Below are positions 54,797 to 63,921 of a stretch of DNA of 64,000 nt, one piece after another. Each line of letters begins with the position of its first letter. Within the stretch, counting starts at the first letter, position 1. Source of the DNA: an uncultured Actinomycetota bacterium (GTDB lineage: Bacteria; Actinomycetota; Acidimicrobiia; Acidimicrobiales; Bog-793); contig CAVTJR010000003.1 of the NCBI GenBank assembly GCA_963735115.1, positions 1,032,641 to 1,096,640 on the forward strand, given 5' to 3'. The position numbers and the translations under genes were made by a program. The notes under the pieces were generated by a model. It searched no databases. It was given only the letters and a program-made list of their open reading frames with translations, and had not been told where the DNA came from.

Positions 54797-56019
54797 TCAT
54801 TCTTGTTGCAGCAGCGCTGGGGGCGGTCGGGGCGCCAAGAGGGCTGCCGCCACCGCCAGGTCGAGCATGAAGGGGGACGCCTCCCCCAGACCTGTCTCGG
54901 TGAACGAGGAGATGAGGCAGTAGACGATCAAGAACAGGGCGATCGCCCGAGCCGGGCTCCGCGGGCGAAACGCCGCCGCAAGCAGCAGGCAGAGGACGAT
55001 GAGGCCGCACACGACGTCTCCGAAGAGCCCTTCGTCCTGGTAGACCGACACCCAGCTGTTGTCGATCGAGAGCCCGTCGAAGGAGTCGTTGGACAGGCCG
55101 TAGCCGAAGAAGACCTCGGGGCGCGGGCGCGGCGCGTTGACCACCAGCGACCACACCACGGTCCGTCCGGTCAGGGTGGTCAGCTCCTGAGTGTTCTCAC
55201 CGCGACCGAACCAGCTCGACAGAGCGGGGAGGAAGATGAGGGCGCCGATGAGGACGATGACGAAGGTCGTCATGAATGCCTTGCGGACCCGACGACGTGA
55301 CACGAACAAGCTGAGGCCCGCCACGAGCACGCCCACCAGCATGGCGACCAGGGCGGTTCGCGTATGAGTGAGGATCAGCAGACCCACGCTGCCGAGAAAC
55401 AACACCACGGCGGTGTTGCGACGGAGGAGGCCAGAGAGCCAGAGCACCGCGGTCAGGCCGGCAGCTACGGCAGCGATGTGGGCCACTTGAGGAGGCTGCA
55501 CCGGCCAGATGACTCCTGTGAGGCGCCCGTCGACCTCGAAGGCCTTGTGCGGCGAGATGATCATTCCGAGGAGCACCGATGCCAGGACGGCAAAGAGACA
55601 GCGGAGGTGGTAGCGCAGGAGGAGGAGATCGCGGCGGCCCCAGAAGGGCGTCAGTAACCAGAGAACGGCAAGGAACGCCAGCAGGCGGATGGCTCGAACA
55701 TCGGAGCCCAAGCCAACGTAGCCTCGAAGCGTCACCGCCAGGGCGACGACAGCGGCCACGGTGGACAGCACCAAGAACGCATTCGTGCGAATCATGAGCC
55801 GGCGGTTGACCGTCAGTGCCAACAAGACAGCGAGGACGAGAATCCCTGTGTGAGCACCTGCCCGATCTTGTGGGGGATCGTGACGACGAGCGGGATCGTG
55901 TAGAAGGTCAAGACGTTGAAGTACAAGAGTCCCCAGACGATCCCCACGCGTCGTCGAACGGATCGCTCGGCGGCGGTATCGGGCAGCGCGTCCAGGGTGG
56001 GCAGGGCGACGGTGCTCAT
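54797..56019 (-). pseudogene. O-antigen ligase/polymerase (Wzy-like) polytopic membrane protein, single frameshift at 55844-55846
   Basis: The credible N-terminus MSTVALPTLDALPDTAAERSVRRRVGIVWGLLYFNVLTFYTIPLVVTIPHKIGQVLTQG starts at ATG 56019, in ATGA overlap with the upstream stop. It is out of frame with the 54797-56029 ORF body (ILVLAVLLALTVNRR...). One extra G in the GGG run would join the two frames. Confidence 0.7.
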
Positions 56020-57644
56020 CGGTCCTCACTCGTGGTCAGGCGGGCGAACGAGCCGTCGACATGGCGATGGCGAGCGCTGGCGCGGGAATGGTTGTCGCGG
56101 TAGCCGAAGCTGTCGTCGTTGCGGTCAGCTCCCACGAGGATGACGCCGGAGATGTCAACGCCGGCGGCTGCGAGCATCTCGGCCTCGATCCGTAGGCCGG
56201 CAACGTCTGACCGTCCCGCTGTCACGATGACGGTCGCTTCCGACACCCAGCTGGCGACGTCGCGCGCCCCGACAGCCGGGTCAAGGGATGCAAGGACGAG
56301 TGTGACATCGGGCGGCCTCCACGTCGCCTCCGAAGCCCTGGCGGCGGCATCGAGATCGGCGCGGACTGACGGCGCCGCCACATCATCGTGAGCTCGGACG
56401 ATCACGACCGAAGCGAGGTCGGAACGACTGAAGCTCGCCTCTTTGGCGGCCCGACCTGTGACGCCGAGGAGTCTGGCGAGAAGCCCCTGTCGAGACGCAT
56501 CGACGATGACGACCCTCTTGCCCTCGATGGTGAGAGCCCGTGCCAGCCCCGCCAGGGCGAGGGTGGCCGCACCGTCGCTCCCCACGGAGACGACGGTCAA
56601 CACCGACTGACCGTTGCTCGAGGGGGAGATGGCGGCCCTCAAGTGTTTCGTCACGAGAGCCACCGGCCCACGGGGTCGTCGCAGGCGATGCCGGAGGCGT
56701 CGCGTTCGCAGGAGGCGCCCGCAGCGGACGACGGGAACGCTGAGCGCGACGGGTGCCTCCAGGGCGGCCGCGAAGTCGTCCCGCCGCCGGACGCGATCGG
56801 ACACGATCGGCGGCACCATGACGATGCTGAGGCCCACGCCGAGCCCGGCCGCCAGTCCAGCTGCGCCGTCCTCCGCCAGCTTCTTCAGGCGGGAGCTTTG
56901 CACCAAGATGGGGGGAGCGAGCACCCGACTGCCCCCGACTACGGCGATGACGTCCAGAGTATTGCCCTGCATCGCCTCCTGGAGGAGGAACACGTCGGCG
57001 ATGTCCGCCTTGCGCTCCGCTGTCAGGCTCCGACGCGTCGCACGTAGCCCAGGTGGCAAGGCTGCTATCTGACGACTGAGCTGGCGTTCGTTCGCCTGCG
57101 TTTGTGCGACGTCGGTGACGAGGGATTGCGCGATCGACCGACCCTGGGTTTCGTAGAGGTGGGCGCGAAAGCTCAAGAACGCTGTATCGAGCGCATTTGC
57201 GCGCTGAAGAGCCTCCGTCGCCGACGGCGCAGCGATACTGACCTCGATGACGGAGTCGCCCTCGGTCACGCCCTGGTACTGCCCGAGGAACGCACGAGGG
57301 CTCAGCGGCAGGTGGAGCCGGTTCACGACCTGCTGGGCGACCGTGGTCGTTTCCAGCTGAGCCAAGTCGGTGGCGATCTCGAGAGCGCTGTCACCGTTGG
57401 GGTTGTCCACCATCACGAGGGTGCTGCTTGCCGTGTACGGGCGGGGAACCCCCACTGCGAACGCCAGCCCTCCGACGAGGCCGGCGATGGCCATGATCAC
57501 CCAAAAGCTCTGTCGACGGCGCAGCTCCGAGGCAACGGTGCGAAGGCTGACGAATTGGCCTCGACGACCATTGATGCCGTCGAGGCTGCGTTGTGGTCGA
57601 GTACCTGGGCGAATCGCCACGAGCTCGGAGCTCTCGATCGTCAT
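56016..57644 (-). CDS. Wzz/PCP fused to degenerate BY-kinase-like domain (paralog 3)
   Basis: Same architecture as the other paralogs. The junction is SDRVRRRDDFAAALEAPV. The C-terminal domain (VLTVVSVGSDGAATLALAGLARALTIEGKRVVIVDA) lacks GK[ST] and has no Tyr-rich tail. Confidence 0.7.
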   Translation of the reverse strand: MTIESSELVAIRPGTRPQRSLDGINGRRGQFVSLRTVASELRRRQSFWVIMAIAGLVGGLAFAVGVPRPYTASSTLVMVDNPNGDSALEIATDLAQLETTTVAQQVVNRLHLPLSPRAFLGQYQGVTEGDSVIEVSIAAPSATEALQRANALDTAFLSFRAHLYETQGRSIAQSLVTDVAQTQANERQLSRQIAALPPGLRATRRSLTAERKADIADVFLLQEAMQGNTLDVIAVVGGSRVLAPPILVQSSRLKKLAEDGAAGLAAGLGVGLSIVMVPPIVSDRVRRRDDFAAALEAPVALSVPVVRCGRLLRTRRLRHRLRRPRGPVALVTKHLRAAISPSSNGQSVLTVVSVGSDGAATLALAGLARALTIEGKRVVIVDASRQGLLARLLGVTGRAAKEASFSRSDLASVVIVRAHDDVAAPSVRADLDAAARASEATWRPPDVTLVLASLDPAVGARDVASWVSEATVIVTAGRSDVAGLRIEAEMLAAAGVDISGVILVGADRNDDSFGYRDNHSRASARHRHVDGSFARLTTSEDR

Positions 57645-57717
57645 GCCGGCCCTCTCGGTCGCGCGCGGGCGCGCTGGTTGGCTCGAGAGCAGAGAGCCTG
57701 AGCCGCCACGCTATCGA

Positions 57718-59184
57718 TCATCGAAATTCCACCGCCGCCGGCATGTCGTTGTCACCCGAAAGCGGAGGGAGATCGTCGGGCTTCGTCTCGAGATTGCCCT
57801 TGATCAAGCCTTTACGTGCCTGGTCCCCGTATCGGAGCAGGAGGACGACGGTGATGGCGGACGTGACGGCGCTGGCAGCGGCGACACCTGGGACCTTGTA
57901 GAGCAGGGCGAAGGAAACCACCGTGCACACCGACACGATGGAACCGACCGCTTGGACGGCGAAGAGGCGGCGCGTCTGCCGCGACACCTTCAGGATGAGG
58001 ATCGGACCGATGCCGAGACCGGCGATCAGAAGCGAGATGGCGAAGTAATCCGCCGACGACCAGTAGCGAGCGAAGGCTGGGCCGTAGATGAACCGGAGAA
58101 GGGTCGAACCTATGGTGAACACAAAGACGCTCACGAGTCCGATGCTGGCCATGGCCGCCGCGCTCACTCCCCAAGCGACTCGCCGCAGGCCCCTCCATCC
58201 GCGGTCGGCCAACGCCCGCGACGCCTCCGGGAGCCCGACGCTCCCTCCTGCCATGATGAGGACAAAGGTCGGCCCGGTCACCAGGGTCTGGGCAGCGCGT
58301 AGACCACCAAGTCCTACCGGCGTCAGAAAGAAGGCGGCGACGAGGATGATTGCTTGTGAGGAGCCCCATGCCGTCACGGACTGACCGGCGAGCCATTTGC
58401 TCATGTACCAGCGTGACCGGAGCAGTGTGACGCCGCCGCGCAGGGCCGGCCGCACGGAGAATTGCCACAGCCCGAAGACGGCGCCCACGGCCGCTCCGGC
58501 ACCCCACGACCCGACTACGAACACGACGGCATAGTGGTGCACGACGGGATGGTTTCGATCGAGGAAGAGCACGACGAAGCAGCTTCCCTGCACGATGTTG
58601 AACACGGTGTCGTTCGCGAGTGCCTTGCCGGGCAGCTTGTGCATGAACCCGAGCCAACGCCAGTAATCCTGGATGACCAAGAAAGGAAGCCACGGGGCGA
58701 TGGCGACGAGACCTAGCCCGAACTTGAACGCCAGCCCCCCAGCCAGCACAAGGACGATGCCCGCTAACAGGAAGATGGCGGCGGCGACGACCGAGAGAAT
58801 GATCTCGGCGGCAAGCCCGCTGCGGAGCCGGCGTTTTCTGTCATCCTGCCAGGCGTCGTTCTCGATGGCCATCGGATCGGTGACGAGGGCGCGGTGCAAG
58901 CTGGCGAGCACGAGCCAGCATGCATAGGCAAGGGAGAACGCCCCGAGGGCCTCGGGGCCATTGGCTCCCGCGACGTGGGCCACGAACACGCCGACGCCGA
59001 AGTTCGATCCCGACGCGAAGACTTGATCCGTCATCGTCAGAGCCGCACGTTGGGAGACGCTCCGGGGAGCGCCTTTCTCGCCGCTGCCGGATGCCCGGCG
59101 GTGCTGAGCTGCGTGCCGGGGACGCCGACGCGCCGGCATATGGCGCCCCCCGTTGCGGCTCGCCGGCGTTCGAAGGGACGTCAC
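57718..59184 (-). CDS. Polysaccharide flippase (Wzx / MOP-superfamily-like)
   Basis: About 12 predicted hydrophobic helices. The N-terminus resembles lipopolysaccharide biosynthesis protein families. The start is uncertain (59184 or 59139). Confidence 0.7.
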   Translation of the reverse strand: MTSLRTPASRNGGRHMPARRRPRHAAQHRRASGSGEKGAPRSVSQRAALTMTDQVFASGSNFGVGVFVAHVAGANGPEALGAFSLAYACWLVLASLHRALVTDPMAIENDAWQDDRKRRLRSGLAAEIILSVVAAAIFLLAGIVLVLAGGLAFKFGLGLVAIAPWLPFLVIQDYWRWLGFMHKLPGKALANDTVFNIVQGSCFVVLFLDRNHPVVHHYAVVFVVGSWGAGAAVGAVFGLWQFSVRPALRGGVTLLRSRWYMSKWLAGQSVTAWGSSQAIILVAAFFLTPVGLGGLRAAQTLVTGPTFVLIMAGGSVGLPEASRALADRGWRGLRRVAWGVSAAAMASIGLVSVFVFTIGSTLLRFIYGPAFARYWSSADYFAISLLIAGLGIGPILILKVSRQTRRLFAVQAVGSIVSVCTVVSFALLYKVPGVAAASAVTSAITVVLLLRYGDQARKGLIKGNLETKPDDLPPLSGDNDMPAAVEFR

Positions 59185-59648
59185 GACGGGGCGCTCACGA
59201 GTCTTCGCTGCCTGGAGCGACGGCGGCGCGCACCGACCAGGGTCGACAAGGTCCAGGACCGTTGGAGCGAATGTCCACGGTCGGCAGCGGCAGGACCACG
59301 AGGAGCGCGGGCGCGAGTGGCGGGATCACCCGAACCGCCACCTAGACCGCAGTGGGTGATTCGGGCGCCGCGGCAACCGAGCTCCGCTCTCGCCGAAGAG
59401 TCGTCATCTTTGCCGTCGCGCCGACCCTGTCATCGTCGTCAGGGTGCCGAGTGGGCAGGTGAACGAAGGCGCGCGAGCGATATGACGTCTCCCGCACGAC
59501 AATGCCACTCAACTAGGCTAGCTGCGTTTTGGAGGGGGAGAAACCCGCCCCGGACGGTTCCAAGCCGGCAGAGTGGGCCGCCGGGACGGTGTCCTTCGAA
59601 GGTCGAGGGAGAGGTCTCTGCATCCAGGCGGCGAGCGGGTATCCGACG

Positions 59649-62060
59649 TTACGAACCGACGCTGCTGACGTCCTGCCCGTCGGCTTGCCACTCGGCCATC
59701 GTGAGGAGGCCGGACTGGTCGTGGTACATGAAGGACCATGGGCCGGAGTACGTGTTATCCGAGAACAGGTTGTTCTGGTCCTTCGTGATCGCCACGTCGA
59801 TGACGTCGCCTAGGTAGGGGGACCAGCTCGGAGCGCTGCCGTACTCCGAGAAGATGCCGTTCATGCCGCAGCCGTTGGCGGAGCCCTTGCAGCCAGGCAC
59901 ATCCGCCTGGGTGACGTTGAAGGTGTTGTCCGAGACGGTGACGTTCTGGGTCCTCCAGCGGCACAGGTCGTAGTAGTCAGGCGTCTGTGACGGCGTTGCA
60001 CCGGTCAGGTGGGCGGCGTCGCAGGTCGTGAGGTTCGCCACCGAAGGGTCGACGAGGGTGCAGGCGCCTGTCGGGTTGATCCCGAGCCCATCGCCACAGA
60101 AGCGGTCGGAGTCCTCCCACAGCACGACGCCCGCCCAGTTGTCCGTGAAGGTGTTGTCCTCGATCTGGAACAGGCCCGAGTTGGCTCCCGGCACACGGCT
60201 GTCGCCGCCAGATTCGGAGACGTAGATGGCGCTGGCGGGAAAGCCGGGGTTCGTCGGGCCCTTCCCCCAGGCGTTGTCGACGAAGGTGTTGCCGTCGATG
60301 ACGGCGTTGTACCCGAGCTCGTAGATGATGCCCTCGCCCCAGTTGCCCGAGATGTAGTTGCCGGTGAAGGTCAGTCCGGTGTTGTTGTCGTCAGCCCACA
60401 GCCCGACGTTGTAGTTGTCGTGGACGTAGTTTCCGCTGATGGTGGCGCCGTCGACCTCCCAGAACTTGCCTCCGCCGGAACAGCCGCAGCCGGTCGACTC
60501 GCCTGCACCCGAGCAGTTGGCGGGGACGTCGCCTGCGGGCACCGGGTCAGGCGAGATGTCCTCCCAGTTGCAAGTGTCGTTGTAGCTGATCTCGTTGTCG
60601 GAAAGGGTGATGTTGCTGGCGCCGTCGGTGAGCGAGTTCGTGTCCGTCACCGTGTAGGTGCCGAAGGCAGACTGGCCGTTCTCGGTCAGGCAGTTGTGGT
60701 TGACGACGTCGTTGGTCCCGAGGTAGAGGGCCGTCCCCGGTGAGATGTCCTCGACCGTGTCGTACTGGATCGTCCAGTTCGGAGCCGCCGAGGAGTTGAC
60801 GGCCCCCTCGTTGCCAGGAGGGGTGAAGTCCTTGATCGTCAGGTACTCGATCGTCACGCCCGTCGCCGTCTGGTCGAAGGCAAAGTCGTTGTCACCCTGG
60901 CCCGAGATGACAGCGCCGGGTGCACCGATGTAGGTGTCGTTGTCGGCCGGGATGATCTGGCTGTAGGCGCCGGTGCCGAGGGTATGGGTGCCGGGGGCAA
61001 ACCAGTACGTGGTGCCGGGCGTGGAGAAGCTGTCGCCGCTGTCGTTGCCGGCGGGCACCGTGACCGCCCCGGAGGGGGCCGTCGCCGGTCCGTCGAGGCT
61101 CGACGAACCGCACACCTGCGCCGGGGGCGAGCCGGGCGCGCCCCCACCGCCGGCCGGTGGGCTAGTCGTCGTCGTGGACGATGACGTCGTCGTCGTCGTG
61201 GAGGTCGAGGTGAACGTCGTCGTGGTCGTCGAGGTAGATGTTCCCGCCGGCGCCGGCGATGTCGTCGTGGTCGGCGGATCCGTCGTTGACGTGGATGCCG
61301 GGCCGTAGTGGTGCAGCCAGCGCCTCGCGGGTCGAAGGGCGACGGTGCTCGAGACGTCCGAGCCTCGGGCCGTCCACGCCGGCCACGACCACGCCGGGGT
61401 CGTTCCCGGATCCTGCACGAGCTTGGTGGCGACGATCACCTCTGAGCGGGGTGGGTTCTTGGCAACCCCAAGGACGTGAGCGCCTCTCACCTTCTTGGCA
61501 GCGGTGGCGCGGGTGACGAGGTGAAGGTTGATTCCCTCGCTGAAGAGGAGGCTGACGTGACCGGTCGACTGGGGAACGCTGGGGGACACAGTCCCGGGTG
61601 CGGCGGCCGATGCGGGGACGGGGTAGAAGTTCCAGCTGACGCCCGAGAAGGCCATGGTGATCATGGCGACCTGGCTGGCGGGGCGGACGAGCAACATCGG
61701 GTCTCGCAGGTCACCGCGGTCCCATCCCGCGCAGGCGACGAGTCGCGTGGTCGGGCCGTCGGAGGTGTCGAACAAGCGCTTCCAGTGGCGGAGACACTGG
61801 ACGGAGGCCGAACCGTCGGTGTCGACATAGCTGATGACAACGTTGCCCTTACGCACGCCCTTCGGCAGGGCGGTTGACGGGTCTGCGCTCCGATTCGACC
61901 TGAACGTCACGGGCCGGCCGACCTCGCGAATGAGGGAGTAGACGAGGATGTGGCTGGAGGCTCCCGCCCCCTGCGCGAGCGTGATGACCGAAGCAACCAA
62001 CAGAGCCGATGCGAGAGCGGCGATCGCCGATTTGCGGGCGCGAAAAACTAGGCGTCCCAT
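59649..62060 (-). CDS. Secreted right-handed parallel beta-helix repeat protein, paralog B, with extra N-terminal domain and Thr/Ser-rich linker
   Basis: The ATG at 62060 follows GGAGG. The signal is MGRLVFRARKSAIAALASALLVASVITLAQGAGA. The C-terminal roughly 490 aa align with 38815-40482; I counted 86 of 118 identical residues in one block. Confidence 0.8.
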   Translation of the reverse strand: MGRLVFRARKSAIAALASALLVASVITLAQGAGASSHILVYSLIREVGRPVTFRSNRSADPSTALPKGVRKGNVVISYVDTDGSASVQCLRHWKRLFDTSDGPTTRLVACAGWDRGDLRDPMLLVRPASQVAMITMAFSGVSWNFYPVPASAAAPGTVSPSVPQSTGHVSLLFSEGINLHLVTRATAAKKVRGAHVLGVAKNPPRSEVIVATKLVQDPGTTPAWSWPAWTARGSDVSSTVALRPARRWLHHYGPASTSTTDPPTTTTSPAPAGTSTSTTTTTFTSTSTTTTTSSSTTTTSPPAGGGGAPGSPPAQVCGSSSLDGPATAPSGAVTVPAGNDSGDSFSTPGTTYWFAPGTHTLGTGAYSQIIPADNDTYIGAPGAVISGQGDNDFAFDQTATGVTIEYLTIKDFTPPGNEGAVNSSAAPNWTIQYDTVEDISPGTALYLGTNDVVNHNCLTENGQSAFGTYTVTDTNSLTDGASNITLSDNEISYNDTCNWEDISPDPVPAGDVPANCSGAGESTGCGCSGGGKFWEVDGATISGNYVHDNYNVGLWADDNNTGLTFTGNYISGNWGEGIIYELGYNAVIDGNTFVDNAWGKGPTNPGFPASAIYVSESGGDSRVPGANSGLFQIEDNTFTDNWAGVVLWEDSDRFCGDGLGINPTGACTLVDPSVANLTTCDAAHLTGATPSQTPDYYDLCRWRTQNVTVSDNTFNVTQADVPGCKGSANGCGMNGIFSEYGSAPSWSPYLGDVIDVAITKDQNNLFSDNTYSGPWSFMYHDQSGLLTMAEWQADGQDVSSVGS
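61134..61298 (-). repeat. Low-complexity GTC/GTG-rich tract encoding a Thr/Ser/Pro linker
   Basis: It encodes ASTSTTDPPTTTTSPAPAGTSTSTTTTTFTSTSTTTTTSSSTTTTSPPAGGGG. Confidence 0.8.
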
Positions 62061-62358
62061 TTGTCTTCGCCTCCGGAAATGTTGGGTGGTGGGCCACAAA
62101 CTCGGATGCAGCCGAGTTGCGGTTTGGTTGCAGTTGAGGTGCAGATAGGTATCGGCGCGCCCCGTCCGACACTTGAGAATTTTCTATGTGTCAGTAAGGT
62201 GACGAGCGAACGTTGGGTGCTGTGGCGGTCTTGCTCCTCGCACGATCTATTTGGTGGCTCATGCTAAGGGGGGAGGATTCGGTCCTCAATAGAGATCGGG
62301 TTAACAGTGTGCGCCGATTTCATTACGGAGGCAGGTGAGCGCCAGCTCCGAGCCTGCG

Positions 62359-63921
62359 TTACGTCTGCGTGACGGTACCGAGGACGACCTCGGTCAGTCG
62401 CTCTGCGAGGAGGCGCCGGCCGCTGTAGGAAAGAACGTCGTGGTCGAGCGCGTCGATACGGACCACCTCGATCCGAGCCGCTGGCTCGTCCCTGTCAACC
62501 GCCTCGAGCAGGGCGATACGACCCTGGCCGGCCGCAGCGACGAGGCACTCGTGGTCCTGCGCCGAGAGGAACAATGTCGTGCGCACGCCGGAGGCCGAGA
62601 GATGGTGAAGGAACGCCACCGGGTCGTCGGTCGTCTCGTCGCCGGAGTCCTCCACTGGTCGGTTCCAGTACATCTGATTGATCAGATTGGCCGCCCGGGC
62701 CCCGAGACGCCGAGCCGCCATCGCAGCCACCCAGGCGCCGGAGCAGAGACCGACGAAGACGACGTCACGGCCCGCGCACAGCGAGACGTCCTCGCCGGCC
62801 TGGACGGCATCATCGACCAGCGTCTCGCTGTACAGCGGCGGCACCGGCAGCAGTGGGCTGTCGCCGAGCCCGCTCGTGTCGAATCGCAACGACTGCACGC
62901 CCTGCTCCGCCCATTGCCTCGAGAGCTCGACCCACTGGCGAGACGGCCCGAGGTGATGATCGAAGAAGGCGTTGAGGAAAACGACGGTTGCGCTCGGGTC
63001 TCCGTGGGTCTCGGTGACGATCCCGAACAGTCCCTTCGGCCCGAGGCGCACGGCGCGCTCGACGATGGAGTGGTTGTTTCGGCGGCGCGGGATCGAGACG
63101 TGAGAGGGCGTGTCTGCATCCAGCGGACGGGTGTCGAGCGGCACGACGGCGGACAGGTACGAGACGATCGCCTCGATCGTGCCGAAGGGGATGGTGGCCT
63201 CGCTGGGGGGTGTTTGCAGCAGCTCAGGCTGCCCGGATACCTCGAGGTAGGTCACGCCCGCACGGGCGATGAGCTCTCGCAGTGGTGGAGGAGGCGCCTC
63301 CCCGACGCGTGTCAAGAGGAGAAGCGGCGTGGCGGGCATTTTGTCGGCCGCTGGGAGCTCGATCGTCCTCAGCTGCTCGGTCGTGTCGGGGGACAGACAG
63401 CCGCCGGGAATCTCCGTCCATCCCTCGGGCGCTCCACTGCCATCGATACCGCGCAGCGTGAGCCGCTGCAGCATGTATTGCTCCCGCACGAAGGCACGTC
63501 CCTCCACACACGGATCCCACGACACGAGCGCCTCGAACGGGGCCAACTCGGCGGCGACCGTGGCGGCCAGCGTCGCTCCCATCCGGAGACCGGCGAGCAC
63601 GACGTGGCGCTCTCCGGCCTCTCGGGCGAATGCCACCACCGCCCGAATGCTGGCCAGCCAGGAGTCGACGAGTGTCTCGTCATCCTCGCCTCCCGCCGAG
63701 TCGCCGGTGCCGTAGTAGTCGAACCGGACGGCGGCAATGCCTGCCCAGGCGAGTCTCTCGGCCAGGACGCGAATCGCCCCGTGGCTGGCATCGTGCTCTC
63801 TCGCCAGTGGAGGACAGATCACGACCGTAGCCCGCGAACGCCCGTCAAGGGGCCGGTGCAGCCAGGCGAACAGCGGCCCGCTGTCGTGGGGGATCCACGT
63901 CGGGACCGCCAGGTCGGGCAT
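62359..63921 (-). CDS. Fused double alpha/beta-hydrolase-fold protein with non-canonical nucleophile elbows
   Basis: The likely start is MPDLAVPTWIPHDSGPLFAWLHRP (ATG at 63921). There are two hydrolase-like halves. The elbow reads GLRMG in the N-half and GLCSG in the C-half, instead of GxSxG. Confidence 0.6.
   Translation of the reverse strand: MPDLAVPTWIPHDSGPLFAWLHRPLDGRSRATVVICPPLAREHDASHGAIRVLAERLAWAGIAAVRFDYYGTGDSAGGEDDETLVDSWLASIRAVVAFAREAGERHVVLAGLRMGATLAATVAAELAPFEALVSWDPCVEGRAFVREQYMLQRLTLRGIDGSGAPEGWTEIPGGCLSPDTTEQLRTIELPAADKMPATPLLLLTRVGEAPPPPLRELIARAGVTYLEVSGQPELLQTPPSEATIPFGTIEAIVSYLSAVVPLDTRPLDADTPSHVSIPRRRNNHSIVERAVRLGPKGLFGIVTETHGDPSATVVFLNAFFDHHLGPSRQWVELSRQWAEQGVQSLRFDTSGLGDSPLLPVPPLYSETLVDDAVQAGEDVSLCAGRDVVFVGLCSGAWVAAMAARRLGARAANLINQMYWNRPVEDSGDETTDDPVAFLHHLSASGVRTTLFLSAQDHECLVAAAGQGRIALLEAVDRDEPAARIEVVRIDALDHDVLSYSGRRLLAERLTEVVLGTVTQT

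Noticed and set aside
59290-59360. Apparent complementary segments (ATCACCC/GGGTGAT and CCCGAA/TTCGGG) between the flippase start and the beta-helix B stop
   Set aside because: The segments are in crossed rather than nested order, so they do not form a simple hairpin. This is likely chance in GC-rich DNA.
38797-60743. Many long antisense or out-of-frame ORFs across the EPS locus (e.g. 38797-39702, 40948-41979, 41858-43096, 43166-44134, 45237-46508, 47146-48294, 49434-50609, 57370-58302, 58894-59817, 60009-60743)
   Set aside because: These are typical high-GC shadow ORFs with Arg/Pro/Gly-rich sequences and no motifs. Each overlaps a sense-strand gene with clear family signatures.
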